The notes beneath the pieces are model-generated. The model saw nothing but the letters and a program-made list of their open reading frames with translations. It was not told the origin of the DNA and did not search any database. This document shows, in pieces, positions 47,517-56,771 of a stretch of 64,000 nt of DNA. Numbering within the stretch: the stretch's first letter is position 1; each line of letters opens with the position of its first letter. The stretch is from Bacteroidales bacterium (GTDB taxonomy: Bacteria; Bacteroidota; Bacteroidia; Bacteroidales; JAGOPY01): NCBI GenBank assembly GCA_046484945.1, contig JAWOHY010000022.1, forward strand, positions 601 through 64,600, written 5' to 3'. The position numbers were made by a program, and so were the translations under genes.

Positions 47517-48893
47517 TTAACAGGTCCATGCTGAAATGTCATTTATAATGGCTTGCGCAAATTTTTCCGCCTCTTCCCTGGCAGGCGCTTCGGCATAGAT
47601 CCGAATGATCGGTTCGGTATTCGACTGGCGTAAATGGACCCATCCGTTCTCAAAGTCGATCCTCAATCCGTCGGTTTCATTCAATGGAAAAGAATGGTAT
47701 TTTGATTTGATGCAGTCAAAGAGTTCTGCGAGGTCAACACCGGTTTTGAGGGTAACTTTGTTTTTTGAAATATAGTAATCGGGGTATGTCCTGCGCAAAT
47801 CAGAGCAGGACATTCCGCTCAGGGCCAGGTGCGACAGGAACAGGGCGATGCCGACCAGCGCATCCCTTCCATAGTGCAGCTCAGGGATGATCACCCCTCC
47901 GTTTCCCTCTCCTCCTATCACAGCTTGTTTTGTCTTCATCATCGCCACCACATTCACCTCGCCCACAGCGGAAGCATAATGGGTTCCACCATGTTTTTCA
48001 GTGATATCCTGCAGCGCCCTGGAAGAGGAAAGATTCGAAACACTGTTTCCCGGTTTTTCCTTCAGCATGTAATCGGCCACTGAGACCAGGGTATATTCTT
48101 CGCCGAAAAAACCTCCGTTTTCCATGACGATAGCGAGCCGGTCCACGTCCGGATCAACAGCAAAGCCAACATCAGCCTTATTCTTCACCACGGTCTGTGA
48201 CAGCTCCGAAAGGTTTTCTGGCAGCGGCTCAGGGTTATGGGTGAATTTCCCGTCGGGTTTGGCGTTGAGCTTAATAACCTGGCTTACCTCCAGTGCTTCC
48301 AGCAACATCGGCAGGGCGATCCCACCCACGGAATTAACGGCATCGAAAACCACTTTTAACCGGGCGTTGCGTATCGCACTGGTGTTCACCAGGGGGAATT
48401 CTATGATCTTCCGGATATGCTGCTCCAGCCAGGTATAATCACGGCTGTAGCGGCCAAGGTCATCTGTTTCAACATATTCAAAATGATTCATTTCAGCCAA
48501 ATCGAGGATCACCTGCCCCTCTTCCGCTGAAAGGAATTCTCCTTTCTCATTCAGTAGCTTCAAGGCGTTCCACTGACCGGGGTTATGGCTTGCGGTGATA
48601 ATGATCCCTCCGTCGGCATTTGTTCCGGGTACGGCGATCTCCACCGTAGGCGTGGCCGCCAGGCCCAGGTCGATCACATCAGCACCGCTCCCAAGCAAGG
48701 CGCCGCTGACAAGGTTGAACATCATCTTTCCCGAAACGCGTGCATCACGGCCTATGACAACTTTCACCCGTCGCCTGCCTGTCCGGGATTTTAAAAAAGC
48801 ACCATACGCCAGGCTATACCTGATAACCTCCTGAGGGGTCAGACCGGTTCCGATAATACCACGTATCCCTGAAATGGATCTGATAATGGTCAT
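47517..48893 (-). CDS. glmM: Phosphoglucosamine mutase
   Basis: The active-site phosphoserine motif is TASHNPGQWNALK. I chose the ATG at 48893 (MTIIRSISGIRG); the ORF-track start at 48911 is a TTG. Confidence 0.92.
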   Translation of the reverse strand: MTIIRSISGIRGIIGTGLTPQEVIRYSLAYGAFLKSRTGRRRVKVVIGRDARVSGKMMFNLVSGALLGSGADVIDLGLAATPTVEIAVPGTNADGGIIITASHNPGQWNALKLLNEKGEFLSAEEGQVILDLAEMNHFEYVETDDLGRYSRDYTWLEQHIRKIIEFPLVNTSAIRNARLKVVFDAVNSVGGIALPMLLEALEVSQVIKLNAKPDGKFTHNPEPLPENLSELSQTVVKNKADVGFAVDPDVDRLAIVMENGGFFGEEYTLVSVADYMLKEKPGNSVSNLSSSRALQDITEKHGGTHYASAVGEVNVVAMMKTKQAVIGGEGNGGVIIPELHYGRDALVGIALFLSHLALSGMSCSDLRRTYPDYYISKNKVTLKTGVDLAELFDCIKSKYHSFPLNETDGLRIDFENGWVHLRQSNTEPIIRIYAEAPAREEAEKFAQAIINDISAWTC

Positions 48894-48908
48894 GTCAAAT
48901 ATTTTTGG

Positions 48909-48916
48909 CAAAAATA
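48909..48916 (-). promoter_or_regulatory. Candidate -7 box TATTTTTG upstream of glmM
   Basis: Exact TAnnTTTG on the minus strand, 15 nt upstream of the ATG at 48893. Confidence 0.35.
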
Positions 48917-49001
48917 TGCAAACAAAAAGACTCGCGTGATCATATTCGATATTTTCGGCCCCGATGCAAAAAGAACCGCCCCAACCGCTTCTCTTTTTTA
49001 C

Positions 49002-49009
49002 TAATTTTG
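49002..49009 (+). promoter_or_regulatory. Candidate -7 box TAATTTTG upstream of the TPR gene
   Basis: Exact TAnnTTTG, 29 nt upstream of the ATG at 49039. Confidence 0.4.
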
Positions 49010-49038
49010 CCGGTCTGATTTAAGATGAAAACCCATTC

Positions 49039-50445
49039 ATGGATTCACCATTCGATTATAACGACACCGATATCAAAGCGCTGGTCGACCGTTTCGAAGA
49101 CATGCTGAAGTCGAACAACAGCTATTTTTTCGATGTGGAAGATTTTGAGGACATCATTGATTATTACCTCGACGTGCAAAATATCAGCAAGTCAAAGAAG
49201 GCTATCGATATGGCCGAAGCGCAGCATCCCGGCACGTCGGTATTTCTCATCCGCAAAGCCAAATATCTCGTCATTGCCAACAAACCCGCCAGGGCTTTGT
49301 CATTGCTGGAGGAAATTGAGGAAATCGACCCCGCCAACGGAGAGCTTTATCTGATCAAGGGTAGCATATTTAGCAGGCTCAAGAAATATAAAGAGGCGAT
49401 CCGGGAATACAACAAAGCCATCGAGCATGCCGGCGATCTCGAGGAGGTTTACACCAATATTGCCTATGAATACGAAAATGCCGGCGATTACAAACAGGCG
49501 GTATATTATCTGAAGAAGCTGCTGGAAAATTATCCTGATAATGATTCCGCCCTGTTCGAGCTTGCTTTTTGCTATGAGATCATGAACGATCTGGAAGGGT
49601 CTGTCGAATTTCTCAATGCTTTTGTCGACAAGCACCCCTATAACAAGATCGCCTGGTTCAACATCGGGATGGCATACAACAACCTCGAACTGTTCGAGAA
49701 CGCCATCCAGGCTTACGAGTTCGCCATTGCAATCGACGACACCTTTTCCTCGGCCTATTTCAACCTCGGGAACGCTTACGCCAACCTGGGCGAATTCCGT
49801 CTGGCCATCAAAAATTACCAGGAAACATTTCAATATGAAGACCCGCAGCCGATCACTTATTACTATATCGGTGAATGTTATGAAAAGCTTAATCTTTATG
49901 AGAAAGCAACAGAATATTACAACCAGGCAGTCAAGGCCGACCCGGAGATGGCCGACGGCTGGATGGGGCTTGGCGTTTGCTACGATGAGCTGGGCCAGCA
50001 ACAGATGGCTGTAAAGTGCATGGACAGGGCGCTGGGAATTGAAACCGACAACGCTGAATTCTGGTATATATACGGCGACATGAAATACAAAATGGGCGAC
50101 CTGGCATCCGCCACCCAGGCTTTTGAACGGGTCAGCGCCATCGATCCCATGCACCCTGATATCTGGCTCGACCTGTCCGATCTCTATATTGAGACCGGCG
50201 ACCTGGCCAAGGCACTCGCGGTGATCGAAGAGGGGGTTTACCAGCAGGCTTCCAATGCTTCGCTGTTATACCGGATGGCCGGCATGCTCATGAAACAGGG
50301 CCGGCAGGAAGAAGCCCTGGGGGTGCTGGCCAAAGGACTTGAAACAGGGTATGATAAACTACATGAATTGTACGAGTTCGTCCCGCAATCGGAGCAAAAT
50401 GAAAATATCCGGAAGCTGATCGAGGCCTTCGCCAGCAAAAAGTGA
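49039..50445 (+). CDS. Tetratricopeptide (TPR) repeat protein
   Basis: 468 aa. It has many 34-aa TPR units (…A..Y..A…P.N..A.FN.G.AY…). Confidence 0.85.
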   Translation: MDSPFDYNDTDIKALVDRFEDMLKSNNSYFFDVEDFEDIIDYYLDVQNISKSKKAIDMAEAQHPGTSVFLIRKAKYLVIANKPARALSLLEEIEEIDPANGELYLIKGSIFSRLKKYKEAIREYNKAIEHAGDLEEVYTNIAYEYENAGDYKQAVYYLKKLLENYPDNDSALFELAFCYEIMNDLEGSVEFLNAFVDKHPYNKIAWFNIGMAYNNLELFENAIQAYEFAIAIDDTFSSAYFNLGNAYANLGEFRLAIKNYQETFQYEDPQPITYYYIGECYEKLNLYEKATEYYNQAVKADPEMADGWMGLGVCYDELGQQQMAVKCMDRALGIETDNAEFWYIYGDMKYKMGDLASATQAFERVSAIDPMHPDIWLDLSDLYIETGDLAKALAVIEEGVYQQASNASLLYRMAGMLMKQGRQEEALGVLAKGLETGYDKLHELYEFVPQSEQNENIRKLIEAFASKK

Positions 50446-50476
50446 TTCCATTATCCTAATTCCAAAAGAGAATCTG

Positions 50477-51400
50477 ATGAAAGAACAAATCGGGCTGGTG
50501 CTGAAAGGAATAGCCATGGGCACTGCCAATGTCATTCCAGGAGTTTCCGGGGGTACGATCGCACTCATCACCGGCGTTTTCGAGCGGCTGATCAATTCGC
50601 TCAAATCATTCAACCTGAGAGCATTAAGACTTCTCCTCCAGGGAAGGATCAGGGAATTCCTGCAATACACCGATTTCTGGTTCCTCACCCTGGTCATGGC
50701 AGGGGTGCTGATCGCCGTGGTCACCCTCGCCCGGCTGTTCGACTTCCTGTTTACCCATTACCCGGTTTACATCTGGGCCTATTTTTTCGGACTGGTGCTG
50801 GCTTCGGTTTACTTTGTCGGAAAAACAGTTGAACGATGGAGCATCCCGGTGATGATCTCTTTTGTTATCGGGGCAGCCATTGCCATGGCCGTGTCCTTCC
50901 TGAACCCCGCCGCGGGAAACGATGGTATACTTTACGTGATGCTTTGCGGGGCCGTCGCGGTATGCAGCATGATCCTGCCCGGACTGTCCGGTTCATTTGT
51001 CCTGTTCATCATGGGCAACTACAAGCTGGTGGCCATTGATGCCATCAACGACCGGGACCTCCGGATCCTGATCCCCTTCTTCATCGGCGCCGGGATCGGT
51101 TTACTGGCATTTTCCCACCTGCTGTCATGGATACTCAGAAAATTCCGGGATGAGACCATTGCCACACTCACCGGGTTTATCCTGGGCTCGGTCAGCATCC
51201 TGTGGCCCTGGCAACACAGGATATATCTGCTCGACGCAGCAGGAAACGAAATCCTGAAGAACGGGGAACCGGTGGTGATCGATTACCAGCGCTACATTCC
51301 CGGGGCCTTCACCCTTGAAACTGTTATAGCCATAGGATTAATCCTCATCGGTATCCTGAGCATCTGGGCAGTGGAGAAAACAGCCGAAATAAAGAGCTGA
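50477..51400 (+). CDS. DUF368-family membrane protein (polyprenyl-phosphate transporter family)
   Basis: 307 aa, polytopic. It has the signature GTANVIPGVSGGTIALITGVFERL and a second PGLSGSF repeat. Confidence 0.85.
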   Translation: MKEQIGLVLKGIAMGTANVIPGVSGGTIALITGVFERLINSLKSFNLRALRLLLQGRIREFLQYTDFWFLTLVMAGVLIAVVTLARLFDFLFTHYPVYIWAYFFGLVLASVYFVGKTVERWSIPVMISFVIGAAIAMAVSFLNPAAGNDGILYVMLCGAVAVCSMILPGLSGSFVLFIMGNYKLVAIDAINDRDLRILIPFFIGAGIGLLAFSHLLSWILRKFRDETIATLTGFILGSVSILWPWQHRIYLLDAAGNEILKNGEPVVIDYQRYIPGAFTLETVIAIGLILIGILSIWAVEKTAEIKS

Positions 51401-51401
51401 G

Positions 51402-52142
51402 ATGCGCACTTACGGCATTATTGGCACCCCCCTCTCCCACTCCCTGTCGAAATCCTATTTTGAAAAGAAATTCAGGGAGGAAAACCTGGAAGATTGCCGG
51501 TATGAAAACTACCCGTTACATGATATTTCTGAACTGCCGGGCCTGATTAAGCGTGAATCAACCCTTTGCGGCCTCAATGTTACAGTTCCTTACAAGGAGC
51601 CGGTCCTGCGTTATGTCGACCGCCTGAACCCGCTGGCAGCTGAGATCGGGGCGGTGAACGTGCTGAAGATCAATAGGATGAAAGGCGAAGTAATGGTGGA
51701 AGGCCATAACACTGACATGCCCGCATTCCGGGACACCTTGCAGCCCTTGCTGAAAAGGCATCACCAGCGGGCCCTGGTGCTGGGGGCAGGCGGTGCTTCC
51801 CGTGCCGTTGGCTTTGCCCTCAAAACACTGGGGATCAACTATTCCATTGTATCCAGGTCCCCGAAAGCAAATCAACTCTCCTATTCCATGCTCGACAAAT
51901 CAGTGATCCGGAACCACCCGCTGATCATCAACACCTCGCCCGTTGGCATGTTCCCCGATACAGTAAGTTTCCCGGAAATACCATACGATGCCGTTACCGG
52001 CGATCATTTTTTATACGACCTGGTTTATAATCCGCAGGAAACGGTATTCCTCAGCAAAGGGGCCGCCCGGGGCGCCATGGTAAAGAACGGCCTGGAGATG
52101 CTTTACCGGCAGGCGGAGTTGGGTTGGGAGATGTGGGGTTAG
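51402..52142 (+). CDS. aroE: Shikimate 5-dehydrogenase
   Basis: 246 aa. Motifs GIIGTPLSHSLS, LNVTVPYK and VLGAGGASRAV. Confidence 0.92.
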   Translation: MRTYGIIGTPLSHSLSKSYFEKKFREENLEDCRYENYPLHDISELPGLIKRESTLCGLNVTVPYKEPVLRYVDRLNPLAAEIGAVNVLKINRMKGEVMVEGHNTDMPAFRDTLQPLLKRHHQRALVLGAGGASRAVGFALKTLGINYSIVSRSPKANQLSYSMLDKSVIRNHPLIINTSPVGMFPDTVSFPEIPYDAVTGDHFLYDLVYNPQETVFLSKGAARGAMVKNGLEMLYRQAELGWEMWG

Positions 52143-52170
52143 TTAGGTATTGGGTATTGGGTATTAGGTG
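52143..52170. repeat. Heptamer array TTAGGTA TTGGGTA TTGGGTA TTAGGTG
   Basis: Starts on the base after the aroE stop. It uses the same GGTATTG/TATTGGG word as at 20573-20586. Confidence 0.9.
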
Positions 52171-52173
52171 TTT

Positions 52174-52422
52174 TCAATCTTCTTTTCTTTCGACGACGAC
52201 CGTAAAGTTTGCGGCCAGGGCGGCCAGGGCGCCGATGGCAGCAAACACAGGCGCAATGATGGCGCCGATAAGCCCTACCGTCACCGGTATCTCAAGAAAG
52301 GTTACCCCTTTTTCGTTTTTGATGATGATCCGCCTGATATTCCCTTCACGGATGAGCTCTTTTATTTTCGCCAGCAACTCTTCGCCGGCGACTTTGAATT
52401 CCGATTTGCTTTGCGATTCCAT
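52174..52422 (-). CDS. DUF4342-family small protein
   Basis: 82 aa. The pattern EELLAKIKELIREGNIRRIIIKNEKGVTFLEIPVTVG followed by a hydrophobic Ala/Gly-rich segment matches DUF4342 as I recall it. Confidence 0.7.
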   Translation of the reverse strand: MESQSKSEFKVAGEELLAKIKELIREGNIRRIIIKNEKGVTFLEIPVTVGLIGAIIAPVFAAIGALAALAANFTVVVERKED

Positions 52423-52473
52423 GATAATTATTTTTTAATTCCTTTTCTCTGCAAAATTATGGGTTATTTTTTT

Positions 52474-52481
52474 TATATTTG
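52474..52481 (+). promoter_or_regulatory. Candidate -7 box TATATTTG upstream of the usp gene
   Basis: Exact TAnnTTTG, 25 nt upstream of the ATG at 52507. Confidence 0.4.
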
Positions 52482-52506
52482 ATCTGCAACAATAATCATT
52501 CATCAC

Positions 52507-53379
52507 ATGAGAAAGATATTGGTTCCTGTCGATTTTTCAAACCATACGGCTCCTTCGATCCGGTATGCCCGAAATATTTCGCGGGTTACGGGGGCGGAAA
52601 TCATCCTGTTCCACTCCTTCTTCGATCAGCTCTATTTCTCCGACGGTGGTTTCGTGACCGGGTTTGAATCGGGCATGATGCTGACCGATGAGATCATTCG
52701 CGATTTTTACCGGCAAAAGGAAGAAGGTCTTCAAAAACTCGCGGACGAACTGATCACCGGCTCCGGTGAAAAAGGTGACGCGGGCATAAAGGTTTCAACT
52801 AAAATAGAGAACGGCGATCCCGAGGTACAGATCATGCAGACGATCGGGCAGGTAAATCCCGACCTGATCGTCATGGGATCGGGAGGAATGGGGAAGAAAA
52901 GCCTGTTGTCCGGATCCATCGCAAGGCAGATCATCAACAACGCCAAAATACCCGTCATCGCCGTTCCTGAATTGGAAGAAATACGACCGATCGGCCATGT
53001 AGCCTACATGACAAATTTTGATTCCGGCGACAGGCAGGCCATTCTGAAACTCGAATCGGTGCTGGCTGGCTTCAGACTGGAAATACACTGCATCCACCTC
53101 GGCCAGCAGACAGGCAATGAAATAACAGTGACCCGGTTGCAGGAACTGGCCGGGTGCGAGGATCTGAAAAACATGAAATCCCCTGTCAGTTTTCACCTGC
53201 TGGACGCTCCGGATATGCAGGAGGCATTGAAGAATTATATCACTACCAATAAAATTAGCCTCATCGCCTTTATCCCACACAAACGCCATATAATAAAAAA
53301 TCTTCTTTACCAGGGGCTTACCAAAGAGGACCTGTTCCTGACGCAGACCCCTGTCTTGGCCATTCAACCAGGTGAATAA
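52507..53379 (+). CDS. Universal stress protein (tandem Usp domains)
   Basis: 290 aa. Motifs MRKILVPVDFS and ...DLIVMGSGGMGK...SIARQII...PVIAVP. The second half repeats the fold. Confidence 0.85.
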   Translation: MRKILVPVDFSNHTAPSIRYARNISRVTGAEIILFHSFFDQLYFSDGGFVTGFESGMMLTDEIIRDFYRQKEEGLQKLADELITGSGEKGDAGIKVSTKIENGDPEVQIMQTIGQVNPDLIVMGSGGMGKKSLLSGSIARQIINNAKIPVIAVPELEEIRPIGHVAYMTNFDSGDRQAILKLESVLAGFRLEIHCIHLGQQTGNEITVTRLQELAGCEDLKNMKSPVSFHLLDAPDMQEALKNYITTNKISLIAFIPHKRHIIKNLLYQGLTKEDLFLTQTPVLAIQPGE

Positions 53380-53396
53380 TCCGGAAATACCTGCCG

Positions 53397-54638
53397 ATGC
53401 CCTCACAGGATAATCATTCTGAAATCGCCATCATCGGCGCCGGGCCTGCCGGTATCACAGCCGCACTGGCACTCGGCCAAAACGGTATTCCATGCACGCT
53501 GATCGATAAAGATCATTTTCCCAGGGAGAAGATTTGCGGTGACGGGCTGAGCGGAAAAGCGGTCAGCACATTGAACAAGATCGATCCCGGATATGCAAGA
53601 CAACTTCAAATGACCGGAATGGCCACAGGTTCCGGGGCAGTGCGTTTTTATGCCCCCTCAGGAAAAATGGCCGAAATCGATTTCCGTACTGCCGATAAGT
53701 CATTTTCGCCGGGGTTTATTTGTAAAAGAACTGATTTCGACAATTTCCTTCTCAATAAAGCAACCTCCCGATCTGAAATCACCTTTCACCCTGGGATCCG
53801 GGTTAGTAAAATCTCCCGGAGCCATGACAAGATACTGCTTGAAGATAGCACCGGGGCCTGGAAAATGACAACAAACCTTCTGCTGATGGCTTGCGGGGCT
53901 AACCGGAGCCTTCTCGGCGCACTCGATCCGGCCTATCCGGGGATTGAAAACGAAGGGATCGGCATCAGGGCATATTTCAGGAATGTAAGTGGCTGCAGTA
54001 ACCGAAACGCCATTGAGATCCATTTCCTCCGGGAATTGCTTCCCTGGTACCTGTGGATCTTCCCTTTCTCTGACAATACGGCCAACGTCGGACTTGCATT
54101 GCCCCTCCGGCTGGCGAAGCAACAAAGCATAAGCCTGAAAAAGCTGCTCTTTCAGCTCATCGAAAAACACCCCTATCTGAAAGCCAGGTTCTCCGGAGCG
54201 GAATTACTGGAAAAACCGGCAGCGCACCGGCTGCCATTTTATACCGGAACATTTCCCATCACCGGCGACCGGTATATGCTGCTGGGCGATGCATCCCGGC
54301 TGATCGATCCTTTCACGGGAGAGGGCATCGGTAACGCAATGGTCAGTGGCCTGGTGGCCGCTGAGGTGGCCGCCGGTTGTTACCATGCTGATGATTATGC
54401 GGGAAAAAACACGTATGGCTACCAGGAGAAAATCTATAAAAAACTGAAACGTGACCTCGATCTCGGCTTGCGCCTGCATCAACTGGCAGAAACACCCCTG
54501 TTGCTCAACCTGATCATCGGCCGCGCATCCAAAAGTCATAAAATCAGGCATTTGCTTACAGAAATGCTATATGATACCAATACCAAAAGCAGGCTGAACA
54601 ACAGGCTTTTTCATCTCAAAGTATTTCTGAGGCTGTGA
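53397..54638 (+). CDS. Geranylgeranyl reductase-family FAD-dependent oxidoreductase
   Basis: 413 aa. The dinucleotide motif is IIGAGPAGITAA, followed by …EKICGDGLS… and …LLGDASRLIDPFTGEGIGNAM…. Confidence 0.85.
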   Translation: MPSQDNHSEIAIIGAGPAGITAALALGQNGIPCTLIDKDHFPREKICGDGLSGKAVSTLNKIDPGYARQLQMTGMATGSGAVRFYAPSGKMAEIDFRTADKSFSPGFICKRTDFDNFLLNKATSRSEITFHPGIRVSKISRSHDKILLEDSTGAWKMTTNLLLMACGANRSLLGALDPAYPGIENEGIGIRAYFRNVSGCSNRNAIEIHFLRELLPWYLWIFPFSDNTANVGLALPLRLAKQQSISLKKLLFQLIEKHPYLKARFSGAELLEKPAAHRLPFYTGTFPITGDRYMLLGDASRLIDPFTGEGIGNAMVSGLVAAEVAAGCYHADDYAGKNTYGYQEKIYKKLKRDLDLGLRLHQLAETPLLLNLIIGRASKSHKIRHLLTEMLYDTNTKSRLNNRLFHLKVFLRL

Positions 54639-54667
54639 TATCAATGATTTATTAATTTCGTGATTTG

Positions 54668-54675
54668 TATTTTTG
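54668..54675 (+). promoter_or_regulatory. Candidate -7 box TATTTTTG upstream of the GT2 fusion gene
   Basis: Exact TAnnTTTG, 23 nt upstream of the ATG at 54699. Confidence 0.4.
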
Positions 54676-54698
54676 CGGATTCATTTAACCCTTTCGGG

Positions 54699-56669
54699 AT
54701 GAAACTATCGGTCGTCATTGTCAATTATAATGTGAAACACTTCCTGGAACAGTGCCTGCATTCGGTCAGGCGGGCAAGTGATGGACTGCAGGCAGAAGTA
54801 TTCGTGGTTGACAACAATTCGGTGGATGGCTCATGCGCCATGGTCAGGGAAAAATTCCCGGAGGTGATCCTGATCGAAAACAAGGAAAATCTGGGTTTTT
54901 CCAAAGCGAACAACCAGGCCATCCGGCAGTCGACGGGAGAATATGTTTTGCTGCTGAACCCTGACACTGTGGTTGAGGATGACACTTTTTCCAGGGTGCT
55001 GGCGTTCATGGACAATCACCCTGATGCCGGCGGACTGGGGGTGAAGATGATCGACGGGAAGGGGAATTTCCTGCCCGAATCCAAGCGGGGCCTTCCCACA
55101 CCAGATGTCGCCTTCTATAAAATATTCGGCCTGTCGAAGTTCTTTCCCCGCTCCAAAATCTTCGGTAAATACCACCTGGGATACCTGCCGCAAGACGATA
55201 TCAATCCAGTTGATGTGCTTTCAGGGGCATTTATGTTGTTGCGAAGAGAAACGCTGGATAAAACCGGCCTGCTCGACGAGACATTCTTTATGTACGGAGA
55301 AGATATTGACCTGTCGTACAGGATTTTAAAAGCAGGCTATAAAAATTACTATTTCCCTGGCACCCGGATCATTCACTACAAAGGGGAGAGCACCAAAAAG
55401 GGAAGCATCAACTATGTTTTTCTCTTCTACAATGCTATGATCATTTTCGCCCGGAAGCATTTCACCCACCGGCGCGCCAGGATACTCGCCCTGCTGATCC
55501 GTATCGCCATTTATTTCAGGGCTTCGCTGGCCATCGTCAGCCGTTTCCTGTCAAAGGCCATCATGCCGCTGCTGGACGCCATCCTGATTTACGGGGGATT
55601 GTTCTTTATCATCAACTACTGGGAGGAAAGGGTCATCTTTCCTGAAGGTGGAGGATACCCGCCCGGGTTTTTCACCCTCGCCGTCCCGGGGTACATCCTG
55701 GTTTGGCTGCTCTCCTGCTATTTCAGCAGCACTTACGACAAACCTGTAAAACTGGGGAAGATATTCAGGGGGATCTCCGTTGGCACGGTCATCATTTTGG
55801 TAGCTTATGCCCTGCTGCCGGAGCATCTCAGGTTCTCCCGCGCCATCATATTGCTGGGCGCTGTCTGGGCGGTGCTGTCCATGGCAGGACTGCGGATATT
55901 TTCAAACCTTTTCAAATCGGGCCATTTCGGGTTCGATGCGGTGAAAGACAGGCGTTTTGTGATCATTGGCGACCTGAGGGAGGCAAAACGGGTCAGGGAC
56001 TTATTGCAGAATTCCTACCGGAACCCGGGATTTATAGGAATGGTTGCGGTCAATGGCAGTGAGCAGAAAAGCGATGAATTGATCGGATCACTGCCGCAAA
56101 TAAAAGAGATCATCAAAGTTTACCGGATCGACGAGATCATATTCTGTTCGAAAAGCATGACCCACCAGGCGATCATCGACCAGATGTCCGATCTGCAGGA
56201 CTTGCAGGTCGATTACAAGATAGCGCCCGAAGACAGCCTCTCTATTATCGGCAGCAATTCGATCAATACGGCCGGAGACCTCTATACCGTGAATATAAAT
56301 GCGATCACCAATGTCGAAAACCTGCGGAACAAACGGTTGCTGGATCTGGCCGTGTCCCTGGGGGGGGTGATACTGTTGCCGGTTCTCCTCTTCCTGGTCC
56401 ACTCTCCGCCGGGGTTGTTGCGGAATATCCTGCTTGTTCTTTTTGGAGGCCGAAGCTGGGTGGGATATGTCTACGACGGAGCCGACCATACCGACCGCCT
56501 GCCCCTCATCCGGAAAGGGATATTGAACCCGATGGATGCTTTTGGCGATGACATGATCTCTGATGACATCCGGCAACGGCTTAATGTAATCTACGCCCGG
56601 GATTACAGCATCCGGAATGATCTCAACATCATCCTGAAAGGCATACGGCACCTGGGCAGGAAAACCTGA
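54699..56669 (+). CDS. Family-2 glycosyltransferase fused to a polytopic membrane region and a WbaP-N-terminal-like (catalytic-domain-less) module
   Basis: The ATG at 54699 gives MKLSVVIVNYN (GT2 start), with …VDNNSVDGS… and …LLNPDT…. The C-terminal part has TM helices, RFVIIGDLREAKRV (Rossmann-like) and NKRLLDLAVSLGGVILLPVLL, but no KFRSM/PGITG-type phosphotransferase core. Confidence 0.75.
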   Translation: MKLSVVIVNYNVKHFLEQCLHSVRRASDGLQAEVFVVDNNSVDGSCAMVREKFPEVILIENKENLGFSKANNQAIRQSTGEYVLLLNPDTVVEDDTFSRVLAFMDNHPDAGGLGVKMIDGKGNFLPESKRGLPTPDVAFYKIFGLSKFFPRSKIFGKYHLGYLPQDDINPVDVLSGAFMLLRRETLDKTGLLDETFFMYGEDIDLSYRILKAGYKNYYFPGTRIIHYKGESTKKGSINYVFLFYNAMIIFARKHFTHRRARILALLIRIAIYFRASLAIVSRFLSKAIMPLLDAILIYGGLFFIINYWEERVIFPEGGGYPPGFFTLAVPGYILVWLLSCYFSSTYDKPVKLGKIFRGISVGTVIILVAYALLPEHLRFSRAIILLGAVWAVLSMAGLRIFSNLFKSGHFGFDAVKDRRFVIIGDLREAKRVRDLLQNSYRNPGFIGMVAVNGSEQKSDELIGSLPQIKEIIKVYRIDEIIFCSKSMTHQAIIDQMSDLQDLQVDYKIAPEDSLSIIGSNSINTAGDLYTVNINAITNVENLRNKRLLDLAVSLGGVILLPVLLFLVHSPPGLLRNILLVLFGGRSWVGYVYDGADHTDRLPLIRKGILNPMDAFGDDMISDDIRQRLNVIYARDYSIRNDLNIILKGIRHLGRKT

Positions 56670-56714
56670 TCCCTGGCGAACAAAACCACTTCCGGAAGTG
56701 TTAATTAAAAAGCG

Positions 56715-56722
56715 TATTTTTG
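56715..56722 (+). promoter_or_regulatory. Candidate -7 box TATTTTTG upstream of the E2 gene
   Basis: Exact TAnnTTTG, 49 nt upstream of the ATG at 56772. Confidence 0.4.
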
Positions 56723-56771
56723 CAAGCCGTTCCCATACAATGGGATCAGGCGTCAAGATAAATATACTGTT

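Noticed and set aside
49300-50154. 284-aa ORF antisense to the TPR gene. Similar long antisense ORFs lie at 33805-34602 (yidC), 27332-27958 (hmgA), 3777-4406 (BNR gene), 12579-13202 (tig), 41928-42575 (dapF/GNAT), 56088-56756 (GT2), 18909-19547 (Gfo) and 52795-53406 (usp)
   Set aside because: In every case the opposite strand carries a gene with clear family motifs, and these translations have none.
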